Virus record (IMG/VR): IMGVR_UViG_3300037484_000776 | Span: 22,951-86,950 of that record | Source of the DNA: a virus | Lineage: Duplodnaviria > Caudoviricetes | DNA length: 64,000 nt | Reading direction: 5' to 3' (one strand) | In this document: positions 1 through 9,100 of the stretch, in pieces | How positions within the stretch are numbered: the first letter of the stretch is position 1 | Layout: the number at the start of each line of letters is the position of its first letter | Program-made: the position numbers and the translations under genes | The notes under the pieces: model-generated | Databases searched by the model: none | What the model saw: only the letters and a program-made list of their open reading frames with translations | What the model was told of the DNA's origin: nothing

Positions 1-1
1 T

Positions 2-325
2 CTTGAGAACCGTGCCGGTAAGCCTAACGTTACCACCGATAATCCGACCTCTCCTCGAATTGATACGCTGTTTACCATCGAGAACCTTGGTCTTCCTACT
101 CCTAAGGTCCTGCTGATGGATACTGCGTTCATTGGTGCCAACACCGTTGTTGGTATTGACAGCCAGTACGCTATTCGCCGGGTGACCAACGTTTCGGCGG
201 CCTACTCTGCTATTGAGCAGTGGGTGCTTCGCCGGGCGACCGCCTTCCGCATCGACTATGGCATGTTGAGCAAGAAGCTCTATTCGTCGGCTTGGAAAGG
301 GCTAACGTTAACTGTGGAGTCGTGA
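2..325 (+). CDS. Major capsid protein, C-terminal fragment (5' end outside window)
   Basis: Frame is open from base 2 (LENRAGKP...AIEQWVLRRATAFRIDYG...). It sits upstream of the head-tail/tail genes and shows the C/T-ending codon bias also seen in the tail tube gene. Identity is inferred from position. Confidence 0.6.
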   Translation, partial: LENRAGKPNVTTDNPTSPRIDTLFTIENLGLPTPKVLLMDTAFIGANTVVGIDSQYAIRRVTNVSAAYSAIEQWVLRRATAFRIDYGMLSKKLYSSAWKGLTLTVES

Positions 326-334
326 TAAACTTGG

Positions 335-364
335 TAACCTGTCCGGCTAGCGCCGGACAGGTTA
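335..364 (+). terminator. Stable hairpin downstream of capsid gene
   Basis: taacctgtccggc-tagc-gccggacaggtta is a 13-bp perfect stem, but the U-tract is weak. Confidence 0.4.
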
Positions 365-394
365 TCAAATTAACCTATGTAATTGAGATAGTAA

Positions 395-957
395 ATGTCA
401 AGCAAAGAGAGTTTGTTAGGCTTTGAAGACGCCAAGGCGTTGTTCTTGTATGAGGAGGAAACCGGGTTTCTGTACTATAAGTCTCGCCCTTTGAGTTGTT
501 TTAAAACTGTCAGGGGCTATAAGATATGGCATGTTAAATGTTCTGGGAAAAGGCCGGCTCTTTAACGACACTTGGTTATTGTGAGATAGGTCTAGGTGGA
601 GAACGATATTACGCCCACAGAATAATTTGGTTATTAAAAACTGGGTCCTGGCCTAAGGGACAAGTTGACCATTTGAATCATGATAAGTTCGATAACAGGT
701 TTGAGAATTTGCGGGAAGTGCCCCATCAAAGTAACTGTAAAAACTTAGGTTTAAGGGTGGACAATATTTCAGGTATTACCGGGGTTACTTGGCATAAACA
801 AGGTAAGAAGTGGATGGCTAATGTAGGCGTTGATGGCAAGACGGTTTATTTAGGTCTTTATACAGACATCACTGATGCAGCCGCCGCAGTCCAAAAGTTT
901 TACGACGATAACAATTTTCACGAGAATCACGGCAAACAATTGAGAGCCGTTAGCTAA
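395..957 (+). pseudogene. HNH-AP2 homing endonuclease, frameshifted
   Basis: 395..565 encodes the typical N-terminus (MSSKESLLGFEDAKALFLYEEETGFLYYK...CSGK). The HNH core (AHRIIW...VDHLNHDKFDNRFENLR) and AP2-like C-terminus (GITGVTWHKQGKKWMA) are in the -1 frame, 538..957. The break is at gggaaaagg (545-553). Confidence 0.75.
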
Positions 958-973
958 ATTAGGAGAATATACA

Positions 974-1228
974 GTGGCACTTCCAGGCGTTCAAAAGAGA
1001 GCTTATGTCCGCAGACAGCCCCTCATTACTGAGGAGATTGTTCTGTCTCCTGTTGTGATTGAAGAGGTTGTTAAGCCTGTAAGAAAGGAAGTAAACGTTC
1101 GTTCTAAGACCATCCAACGCTGGCACCCATTTCTTAAGGTCACTATCCCGTTGGATGGCTTTGTCTCTATCCCACGCGATAATTGGCTGGACGTTCAGCT
1201 TAAGGCCGGCATCGTAGAGTTGCTGTAA
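974..1228 (+). CDS. Virion-module hypothetical protein
   Basis: GTG start with SD aggag; stop overlaps the next ATG. Confidence 0.6.
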   Translation: MALPGVQKRAYVRRQPLITEEIVLSPVVIEEVVKPVRKEVNVRSKTIQRWHPFLKVTIPLDGFVSIPRDNWLDVQLKAGIVELL

Positions 1229-1716
1229 TGGTTACTATTCTCTACACAAATTCTGATGCAGTCCGTGCCGCACTCGGCATAGAGACTGATGATCTTCAGA
1301 AGGAACTGCCTGACCACATGTTCGTTAATCAGAACATGGAGCGTCAACTTAGGGCGGCCCTTTACGCTTGGTTGCCTACTTATGCCAGTATCGTAGCCGC
1401 TGCCGATGCAGTCGATCCTGATGAGTCAGGCGACACCGATTTCGCTACCCTTTATCAAGGAGATTTGGTCAGGAATTATTGTCTTTTCTGGGCCGCTTGG
1501 CGTGCTGCCGAGATGGCTTATTTTGCGCGTCGTAAGGTAAGCGACGGTCGGTCAGAAGTTGAGAGGTTCTCTATTGATTGGGAAGCCCTTGCTGACCGCA
1601 TGAAGTCTAGGGCAGAGGAGCAACAATCTCTTTTGCAAGCTACCTTTACTCCCTCTCTTCTAACTGTTTTTGCTAAGCGTTCGATCCCAGATTACGACCC
1701 GGTTGCGAATATTTAA
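1228..1716 (+). CDS. Putative head-tail adaptor/connector
   Basis: 162 aa, helical character, position between capsid and tail genes. Function is positional inference. Confidence 0.5.
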   Translation: MVTILYTNSDAVRAALGIETDDLQKELPDHMFVNQNMERQLRAALYAWLPTYASIVAAADAVDPDESGDTDFATLYQGDLVRNYCLFWAAWRAAEMAYFARRKVSDGRSEVERFSIDWEALADRMKSRAEEQQSLLQATFTPSLLTVFAKRSIPDYDPVANI

Positions 1717-1717
1717 C

Positions 1718-2284
1718 ATGGACGTTTCAGAAGCTACTAAGTGGTTTGTCAGTACTCCTCTCAGCGGGTACAACGGCATAGCCTGGGTATCGAACATCTC
1801 TAAGGGAGATTTCAACGCCTCAGAATTGCCTACTGTAGAGAGGGAGTTCCTTGCACCAAAGTCTAAGGCTTTCAATGCTGTTACTTATCCTTTAGTTAAA
1901 ACCCCAGACGGAACTATTTGGGTTGTAGATAACATCAAAAAGGACTATCTTGATACTGATATTAATGCTACTTATTTTCTGGTAGAGTCTACTGGTGTAG
2001 CGCAGATTTATTCTAAGGCCACTGTTACCCGCGCTTCTGGAGCTGCTGGCACTGTTACAGAGACTCTTCAGAAGACCACTTGGTGTAGAGCAGAGAGGTA
2101 TGGGTCGAAGGACTCAAGTGAGTTTACTGATGTTAAGAGAGGGTTGTTTGAGATTACTCTCCCTCACGGGACCACTGTAAATTCTGACTGGCTGATTAAG
2201 ACCGGTGGTAGGTCTTATGAGATAGATGAAGTATATGAAGAGATGTTTTCAGTACATTTAAGGACGAGACGTTACGATGGCTAG
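1718..2284 (+). CDS. Putative head closure / head-tail joining protein
   Basis: ATG at 1718 follows the previous stop. The C-terminal half (FEITLPHGTTVNSDWLIKTGGRSYEIDEV) resembles head-closure beta-barrels. Confidence 0.5.
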   Translation: MDVSEATKWFVSTPLSGYNGIAWVSNISKGDFNASELPTVEREFLAPKSKAFNAVTYPLVKTPDGTIWVVDNIKKDYLDTDINATYFLVESTGVAQIYSKATVTRASGAAGTVTETLQKTTWCRAERYGSKDSSEFTDVKRGLFEITLPHGTTVNSDWLIKTGGRSYEIDEVYEEMFSVHLRTRRYDG

Positions 2285-2768
2285 CTCCCTTTCTTTTGTT
2301 ATGGCGGTCAAATCTACTATAGACAAGATCGCATCTGATGCTGCAACTGAACTTGGTTGTGCAGTTATAGACTTAGACAACGCTGTTAATATTCAAGAGC
2401 TTGTTAATAGCCCTGATCCTGCTATAATAACTAGGTTCATGTCTCTTGATGAAGATCCGATCGACCCTTTGTGGACTGTCCAGTTTTATATTGGAGCCAA
2501 GACAGCGCAAGATCCAGGTAACTATGCCCTTATCCAGATGATAGAGAGTTTTAGATCTCTCATCAGGAAGGGATCTTATATAGATTGTTACGATTACAGC
2601 GGAGTTACAGCATCTTCAAATAAGGTCGGGTTGGCAACTGTAGCGGACTGTACTGTAGAGCCTCACATGTTTGAGGGGATGGCTGGAGTTAGGCTTTATC
2701 AGGTTAGAGCTAGAATTATAAATACGACTATGGAAAGGGTTGGCACAAGTGTCTCTCAAGGTTCGTAG
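2277..2768 (+). CDS. Putative tail terminator / neck protein
   Basis: 163 aa, overlaps both neighbours, lies upstream of the tail tube gene. Confidence 0.4.
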   Translation: MASSLSFVMAVKSTIDKIASDAATELGCAVIDLDNAVNIQELVNSPDPAIITRFMSLDEDPIDPLWTVQFYIGAKTAQDPGNYALIQMIESFRSLIRKGSYIDCYDYSGVTASSNKVGLATVADCTVEPHMFEGMAGVRLYQVRARIINTTMERVGTSVSQGS

Positions 2769-3561
2769 TGTAAGGGGTAGGACTGGTAAGGGATTCGAGG
2801 TCTTGCAGTGGTTAAAGGCACCTGATAAAACTAAGCTGGATTTAGCCGCTGCTGAAAAAACAAATAAAGCAGTATCTGATCTTTTAAGGAAGTCTTATAG
2901 ACATACAATATCTGAAGTTGCTAAGGCAATGTCTGATAGTATGCCAGCAGCAGTGATAGAGACAAAGGACGAATATGTGGAAAGGGTCGGTAGTGGAATA
3001 ACTGAGTTTGCAGCGTCTTCAGGATCTAAAAGGATACAGTATAGCCATTTACCGGACGAACAGGGGAATATGTCTGCTGGTAGATTGGCCACAGATAATT
3101 GGAGGAAGCTGTCTTATCTTTATGGGAAAGGGGGACCTAAACATTGGACAAAAAAGAATACGGGAACCCCGTTTTGGAAAAACCAAGGAGGAATGTCAGC
3201 AGGGTTTAGAGCCTTAGTGTCTGCTAATCCAGGAGTAAGGAAAGGTAAAACTGAAATAGTTAAGACACGAGAAAGTGGAAAGTTTATACTTACTACACAT
3301 TGGACTTTTGAGCCAGTCGGTGATAAGGTAGCGGATAATCTAATCCGGCTTCCTTTCGTAGCTGGTAGTGAGGATGCGGCGCCACGGTCGGCAACCGGCC
3401 TCGGAGTTTCGGTAGGACAGGGACTGTGGAAACTAGGGATTAACGAGGTTGGTAGAGTCAGTGGCCAGTATCCTTATGAAGGTAGGCCATGGGTAGCTAG
3501 GATGGCAGCCACTCTTGGTAGGGACTTACGTTCGCGGGTATGGAAACTCGGCAAGAAGTAA
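2740..3561 (+). CDS. Putative neck / tail completion protein
   Basis: 273 aa basic protein in the head-tail block; positional inference. Confidence 0.4.
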   Translation: MAQVSLKVRSVRGRTGKGFEVLQWLKAPDKTKLDLAAAEKTNKAVSDLLRKSYRHTISEVAKAMSDSMPAAVIETKDEYVERVGSGITEFAASSGSKRIQYSHLPDEQGNMSAGRLATDNWRKLSYLYGKGGPKHWTKKNTGTPFWKNQGGMSAGFRALVSANPGVRKGKTEIVKTRESGKFILTTHWTFEPVGDKVADNLIRLPFVAGSEDAAPRSATGLGVSVGQGLWKLGINEVGRVSGQYPYEGRPWVARMAATLGRDLRSRVWKLGKK

Positions 3562-3623
3562 CTTATCACACCCACGCTAAACAAAGTGTGGATTATTTAA
3601 TAGACTCTAAGGAGTAAATTCCC

Positions 3624-4472
3624 ATGGCACAACTTGGTTCTCCAGTAACTAACCTGTTTGAAATCGGCACCGCCGAAGTTCGCGTTGGTCCGTTGTCGAT
3701 GGCGAATAAGCTGACCCAGGCTTATTCGGTCGGCCTTATTGACAGTGTTTCGGTCGAGGTCTCCCAGGACACCGTTACACTTGAAGGTGGCTTCCCCCGC
3801 CGGACGGTTGACTCTGCTATCGTCCGTCAGAACGCTTCGATCACTTGTCAGGCCCACGAGTATTCTCGTCGCAACCTGAAGGTTCAGCTTGGAGAGGGTA
3901 TTGATGCATCTCCCCCGGTTGACTTTGAGACTCTCTTGGTCAGCAACGAGGCCCTTGGTGCTACCGTTATTACCGTCACTACCGGTGATGGCGATGAATT
4001 TGCTGAAGACGACATTATTGTTATCTACCCGGATGGACAGCCTGAGAAGGTTTCTGTCTGCCGAGTTGCTAGTGTCGATGGTGACAACGTTACGCTCGAT
4101 AGCGGTACTCCGACCCTGTTCGCTTATGACGGCACTGTCGATACCATCAAGATCTTCCTAGGCCATTCGGTTGCCATCGGCGGTTCTCCTGCTACCCAGT
4201 ACTTTGCTGTTTCCGTTATCAGCCAAGAGCGTGGTCGTGACGGTCGTCCTCGTGTGTGGAACTTCTGGAAGGCTTCCGTTGCCTCTGGTCTTTCGTTCTC
4301 CACCAACGCCGAGAACTTTGCTGGTACTGAGCTTAAGTTCAACGCTCTTCAGCCCGCGGTGTCTGAATACTCCAGTGGCGGTGACCTGTTCCATCTTGCC
4401 AACATCATTCCGACCCACCCGGTTGGTATGCTTATTGCCGGTGGTGACTTGAACTCTGAACTGACCTCATAA
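3624..4472 (+). CDS. Major tail tube protein
   Basis: SD aaggag, strong codon bias, N-terminus like tail tubes (FEIGTAEVRVGP...GLIDSVSVEV...EGGFP), followed by a terminator. Confidence 0.7.
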   Translation: MAQLGSPVTNLFEIGTAEVRVGPLSMANKLTQAYSVGLIDSVSVEVSQDTVTLEGGFPRRTVDSAIVRQNASITCQAHEYSRRNLKVQLGEGIDASPPVDFETLLVSNEALGATVITVTTGDGDEFAEDDIIVIYPDGQPEKVSVCRVASVDGDNVTLDSGTPTLFAYDGTVDTIKIFLGHSVAIGGSPATQYFAVSVISQERGRDGRPRVWNFWKASVASGLSFSTNAENFAGTELKFNALQPAVSEYSSGGDLFHLANIIPTHPVGMLIAGGDLNSELTS

Positions 4473-4493
4473 GGGTTTGGTTTAGTGGCAATA

Positions 4494-4526
4494 GAGAAGG
4501 GGCCTTACAATGGCCCCTTTTCTTTT
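4494..4526. terminator. Bidirectional intrinsic terminator
   Basis: aaggggcc-ttacaat-ggcccctt followed by ttctttt, between the convergent tail tube and Rha genes. Confidence 0.75.
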
Positions 4527-4533
4527 GTGCTGG

Positions 4534-5322
4534 TTAAAAGTTCATCTCTTCAGACACCAAATCCAGCACTATCATAGAGTAGCTAAAAGGAGCGTGAGTC
4601 CTATCTACAGAAAGACCAAGCTCTTCACTAAACCTTACAGCGTATTTACTGGCTTTCACCTTTTGTCCGTTCGATAACTCTATACCATGAACAGCCCTGT
4701 AATAAACGGCTATCGTCATATACCGCTCTCTCCTCTTTATTTTTACGGCGGCTTCTATCTTCTCCTCTAGTTCTGCCTTATGTTGCTGTTGCTTCTCTTC
4801 AAGCTCACATATATCGAGCTTTAGCTCTTTTTGCTCATCGCTTAATTCTTTTTGTCCCTCCCTCAATTCTTTTTGGCCTTCGTCAAGATTTACTATTGCT
4901 CCAGTAATTCCGTGAAGTAGTTGTGGAAGGGCGGGGATTTTTGTAGCCTCTAAGGAGTAGGAGTTAGGCTTGTGGTCTCGGTAGTGAAGAAATCCATCAA
5001 CCAACTTGGTTTGCCCATCAAGAGAATTTTCCCCTCCTACATAGGGCATAGCTATCAGAGCGTTCCTTTCGTTAAGCCCGAGCATAGGCTGCTCTTTTCC
5101 TTGGGAGTCTAAATAGGTCTGCGCAGTAGCGCGCACAGCCTCTTTTTCAACGAGTTGGCGGAGGCTGCGCATTACCTCTTTATGTGGCCGGCTAAAAACC
5201 TTAGCCATTGTAAGGCTAGAGACCATGGGCTCGCCGTTGACAATCTGAACGATGTCAAGCGGGCTGGTGGAAGAGGCGGTAGCAGCCGCGGAGACTGGGA
5301 ACGGAATAATATCTGTAGACAT
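4534..5322 (-). CDS. Rha-family phage regulatory / antirepressor-like protein
   Basis: N-terminal Rha motif (IVNGEPMVSSLTMAKVFSRPHKEVMRSLRQL), a coiled coil with QKEL repeats and an ORF6C-like C-terminus. Confidence 0.75.
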   Translation of the reverse strand: MSTDIIPFPVSAAATASSTSPLDIVQIVNGEPMVSSLTMAKVFSRPHKEVMRSLRQLVEKEAVRATAQTYLDSQGKEQPMLGLNERNALIAMPYVGGENSLDGQTKLVDGFLHYRDHKPNSYSLEATKIPALPQLLHGITGAIVNLDEGQKELREGQKELSDEQKELKLDICELEEKQQQHKAELEEKIEAAVKIKRRERYMTIAVYYRAVHGIELSNGQKVKASKYAVRFSEELGLSVDRTHAPFSYSMIVLDLVSEEMNF

Positions 5323-5327
5323 AGAAA

Positions 5328-5421
5328 AACCCTTAAATTTTCAGGGGCGGTTGATAGCCGCCCTACGTGTTAGGCCACGCACAAACCTAACCCGTAGGAA
5401 TACCCTGAAAATTTAAGGGTT
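5328..5421 (-). promoter_or_regulatory. Structured 5' leader of Rha gene (19-bp perfect inverted repeat)
   Basis: aacccttaaattttcaggg (5328-5346) pairs with ccctgaaaatttaagggtt (5403-5421); internal hairpins are present. Confidence 0.65.
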
Positions 5422-5461
5422 CTGAGTGTACGTGACTGTCCCGCATCACCAGGACCCGATC

Positions 5462-5490
5462 AGTTTATCCCCTCGAAAATCCCCAGTCAA
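5462..5490 (-). promoter_or_regulatory. Sigma70-type promoter for Rha gene
   Basis: TTGACT (5490-5485), 17-nt spacer, TAAACT (5467-5462) on the minus strand. Confidence 0.6.
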
Positions 5491-5495
5491 GTAGC

Positions 5496-5524
5496 CTAGC
5501 AAAAAATTTTGGTCCCGGTATAAT
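5496..5524 (+). promoter_or_regulatory. Possible divergent promoter for chaperone/tape measure genes
   Basis: Perfect TATAAT at 5519-5524; poor -35. Confidence 0.35.
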
Positions 5525-5558
5525 ACTACTATCAACAACTACATCAGAGGGGAGCCTG

Positions 5559-6149
5559 ATGTCCGAACAATCCGTTTTCTACAAGTCGGCCAGCCGTCCG
5601 GTGGCTCTAACTTTTCTTGCCTTGGAGCATCTAAGTCTCCGCAGGCAGCAGTTAGAAGAAACACAGAACACCTCCATTACTCTTGCTCAAGTTCTCAAAG
5701 AAGCTATAGCTTTGTGTGGCTTTCCTGAGCCCTCAGACCCTGACCTCGTGTATCTCATTAGCAGGATAAACAGCACTGCTGAAGAGAGAAAGGAGCATGG
5801 AGATAAAGTTAAGCTCCAGGCTAACAAGCACTTTGCTGGTGCATTGTCAGAGTGGCTTGTCTCCCTTACCCCAGATAAAGCTGTTATCTGGCTTAGCAAT
5901 TATGATATAGACTTGGCTAGACAACTATATTACACTACTGATGTTGAGGAGGTCTCTGCCTTGATTAGCATTAAGATGGAAGAGACCTTCCAGTTGGCTA
6001 AGGTAAGATATGAGGCAAGTTTATTTGGGTTTGGTGGCGGATATGGTAAATCTCACGGACCCAACACTACTGTTCATAATCTTCGTGCTAACGCTTCTCC
6101 TGAAGAAGAAGCCGATGCGTTGCAATCTCTTAAAGCTCTTGGATTTTAA
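5559..6149 (+). CDS. Putative tail assembly chaperone
   Basis: 196 aa, directly upstream of the tape measure gene, SD ggggag. Confidence 0.5.
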   Translation: MSEQSVFYKSASRPVALTFLALEHLSLRRQQLEETQNTSITLAQVLKEAIALCGFPEPSDPDLVYLISRINSTAEERKEHGDKVKLQANKHFAGALSEWLVSLTPDKAVIWLSNYDIDLARQLYYTTDVEEVSALISIKMEETFQLAKVRYEASLFGFGGGYGKSHGPNTTVHNLRANASPEEEADALQSLKALGF

Positions 6150-6151
6150 TA

Positions 6152-9100
6152 ATGGCTACTCCAAATCTTACGCTTGAAGCCTCGGTTGATGTTCTCTTAA
6201 AGGGGGGCCGTATTGACGAGGGTGCCTTGATTAAGGCTATTTCCCATCGTCTCGAATCTGCCAAGATACCTGACTTCTTAATAAACACTAAGTTTGCTGT
6301 AGGTGGTAAGGCAGTCTCTAGGGAGCAGGTTTTAAAGGAGATCGAGGATTTTCAGCTTAGGGCGGCTAAAGTAATAGATAAGGCAAACTCTAGATTAAGT
6401 GTTACTGGGATAAGCGACCTAAGAAAAAACGAACTGTTAGAGAGGAATAGAAATCTTACTGCAATAAGAGAGTATCTTAACCAGGTTAAAAATCTTTACA
6501 ACTCAGCTACGGTTGGTCCAAAGACGGCTGTTGCTGGTGCTGAAGAAGCTATAAAAGGACTGCTTGCCGGTACGCATGACCTGTCTAAGGTAACTAAGGC
6601 GCAGGCTGCCGCTGCCAAAGAAGCTGCACGCGCTTGGCTGGATGAGGCCAATGCTATACAGCAAGTAATAAACAAGGTAAATAAGTTAGGAAGCCGGGCG
6701 GCAGTGTTTGGTAAAGGAGTGCAAGGCAATATAGAGGATGTATCTCGCTTATCTTTTCCTGCCCTTCAGCAACAGCGTGCCACTCTTCAAGAGAATGCCC
6801 GTTTGTTGCTGGCCCGTACTAATGAGGAGACTGCCAGAAAGGCGGCAGAAAGGCAGCGTAAAGAAGACATCGCAGTCTTAGCCAGGCAGTCTGAAGTCAT
6901 AAGAAAGGCGGCAGAAAGGCAGCGTAAAGAAGACATCGCAGTCTTAGCCAGGCAGTCTGAAGTCATAAGAAAGTCGGAAGAGGCTAGGGAAATAAAGGCC
7001 AGTAGGGAAGCTGAGAAGTTACGGGCAGATCAGGAGAAGAGAGCCACAAAGTCTTACGGAGTTAGTGCGGCTGCCAGCCCTGGCCTTGATGTGTTGGAAA
7101 AGCAGGCTGCCTATGGTAAGGAGGCTTTAGAGCGCGGAGGTGGTTTAGGGGATACCAGAGGAGCAGTACTAGCTGCTGCTAAGCATGATCTTCCCTATAT
7201 TATTCGCTATCTTGAAGTTGTAAAGGCCAGGGCTGACGAAGCTGCTAATGCCTTACTTACTACCTCTGGAGGTTCGACAAAACAGTTTAAAGATGCTGCT
7301 AAAGAGGTTCACTCTTACGGACAGGCTTTAGACACTGCTAAAGAGCGTCTTAGCGGTCACAACACTCTACTAAGTCAAGCCGGAAAGCTGCTGCAACAGT
7401 TCGGTAGATATGGACTTGGGTATGCCGCGTTGTACCAAGCACTTGCTGGATTTAAACAGCTAGTCACTGGTATTGTTAATCTTGATGATGAGCTTAAAAG
7501 CATTCAAGCCATCTCTCAGGCTACCGCTGAGCAGATGCAGACGATTGAGACGGTTATCAAGCGCGCCTCTCTCGCCACTAAGTTTAGTACCCAAGAGATT
7601 GCTGCTGGCGCTAAGACCTTAGCACAGGCGGGCGTAAAGCCCGAAAACTTTTCAGAGGCCCTGGGGGCTTCGGCAGAATTTGCTACTGCCGCTGGCACTA
7701 CTATGGACATTGCGGCTGATCTTCTCACTACGATGAGAACAGTCTACAAGGAAGTTAATGACACTACTCTTGCCAACCAGCTTACTCGTGCTCTTAACAT
7801 TTCCAAGCTGACGGCAGAAGACCTTAAGGTTGTGCTGTCCTTGTCAGCTCAGATGGCTGAGAGTTTTAACCTTTCATCCGAGCAGTACCTCTCTGCTGCC
7901 GCTGTCTTAAGGAATGCCGGTCTTAAAGCCAGTACTGTTGCTACTGGTTTCCGTCAAGCCCTTATTGAGGTTTTTAGCCCTGACGACAAGTCTATAAAGA
8001 TTATTGCCAAGCGTTATGCTCAACTTGGTGAGTCCATAGATATAAAGGGCATCAGAGCCAAGTTCTTTTCTTTTACTCAAGAAGAGAATCCACTGCTTGC
8101 CGGTCTTAATGAACTTCGTCGGCTGGGAGTCGGTGGGACTGGCGCTAGTATTTTCGGTCGAGCTTTCGATGTAAGAACGGAGAATGCCCTTAAAGCCCTT
8201 ATTGCTAATTTCGAGGAGTTACAGAAAGCCGAGTCCAAGATAACGTTTGGCAATGCCGCGGCAGAAGCCGCTGCAACCCAGATGGAATCTCTTGCTAATA
8301 GCCTGAAGAACTTAGGCTCGGCTATTCAGATTACCTCTTACGAGATGGTGTCAGGAGCTTTACCTGGCATTGAGGATCTTACTGACTCTCTTACAGATGC
8401 AATAATTAAGCTAGGAGACCTTAATACTGAGCTTAAGACTTTAGGGGGTCCTGGGATAGAAGGCACTGCTCTTAATGCATTATTGGCAGGGGGTGCTGCT
8501 GCTGTTAGGGCTCCTGGAGGGGCTCTTGGAAAGGCAGGTGCCTTTGTTGGAGGGACCCTTATCGGAGGTACTGCTTCTGTTGGAACTTCTTATACTGGTA
8601 CTCAGGCCGGCCTGCCTCCTGCTGTCACAGAAGCGATAGCCACCATAGTATCCATTCTGGGAGGGGCTTGGATCGTAAAGGGGGCCAAATCTTTAAAGAG
8701 GTTGGTCTCTCCTATTTTAACGGCGGCAACTACAGGAGCTACCGCTACTGCGGCAGCAGAGACAGCCACTGTTTTAGGTTCCCTTTCTTTGGGGCTTAAA
8801 GGTATCTTGCCCGGCATTAAGCTGATAGGTAAAAGGCTTGCTTCTATTTTTGGGCCGGTTGGGGCTTTTCTTGCGGCCATATTTACTGTCGTAGATTTGT
8901 TTAAAGCGTTTACTACAGATAAAACAGACGAGATAAAAAGGAGAGCCGAGGCTGCTCAGAAAGGATCGAAAGATGCTCAAGCTGCTTATGAAGAGCAACT
9001 TAAGGGTATTAAGACCTATACCCGTAGCAAGCCTGGTAAGCCTGCTGAGAAAGGATCTACCGCTGCCAAGTTTGAGGAAGCCGAACGTGATTATCAAGAT

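Noticed and set aside
5559-6149. Programmed -1 frameshift in tail assembly chaperone
   Set aside because: No slippery heptamer or overlapping second ORF was seen; the gene runs directly up to the tape measure start.
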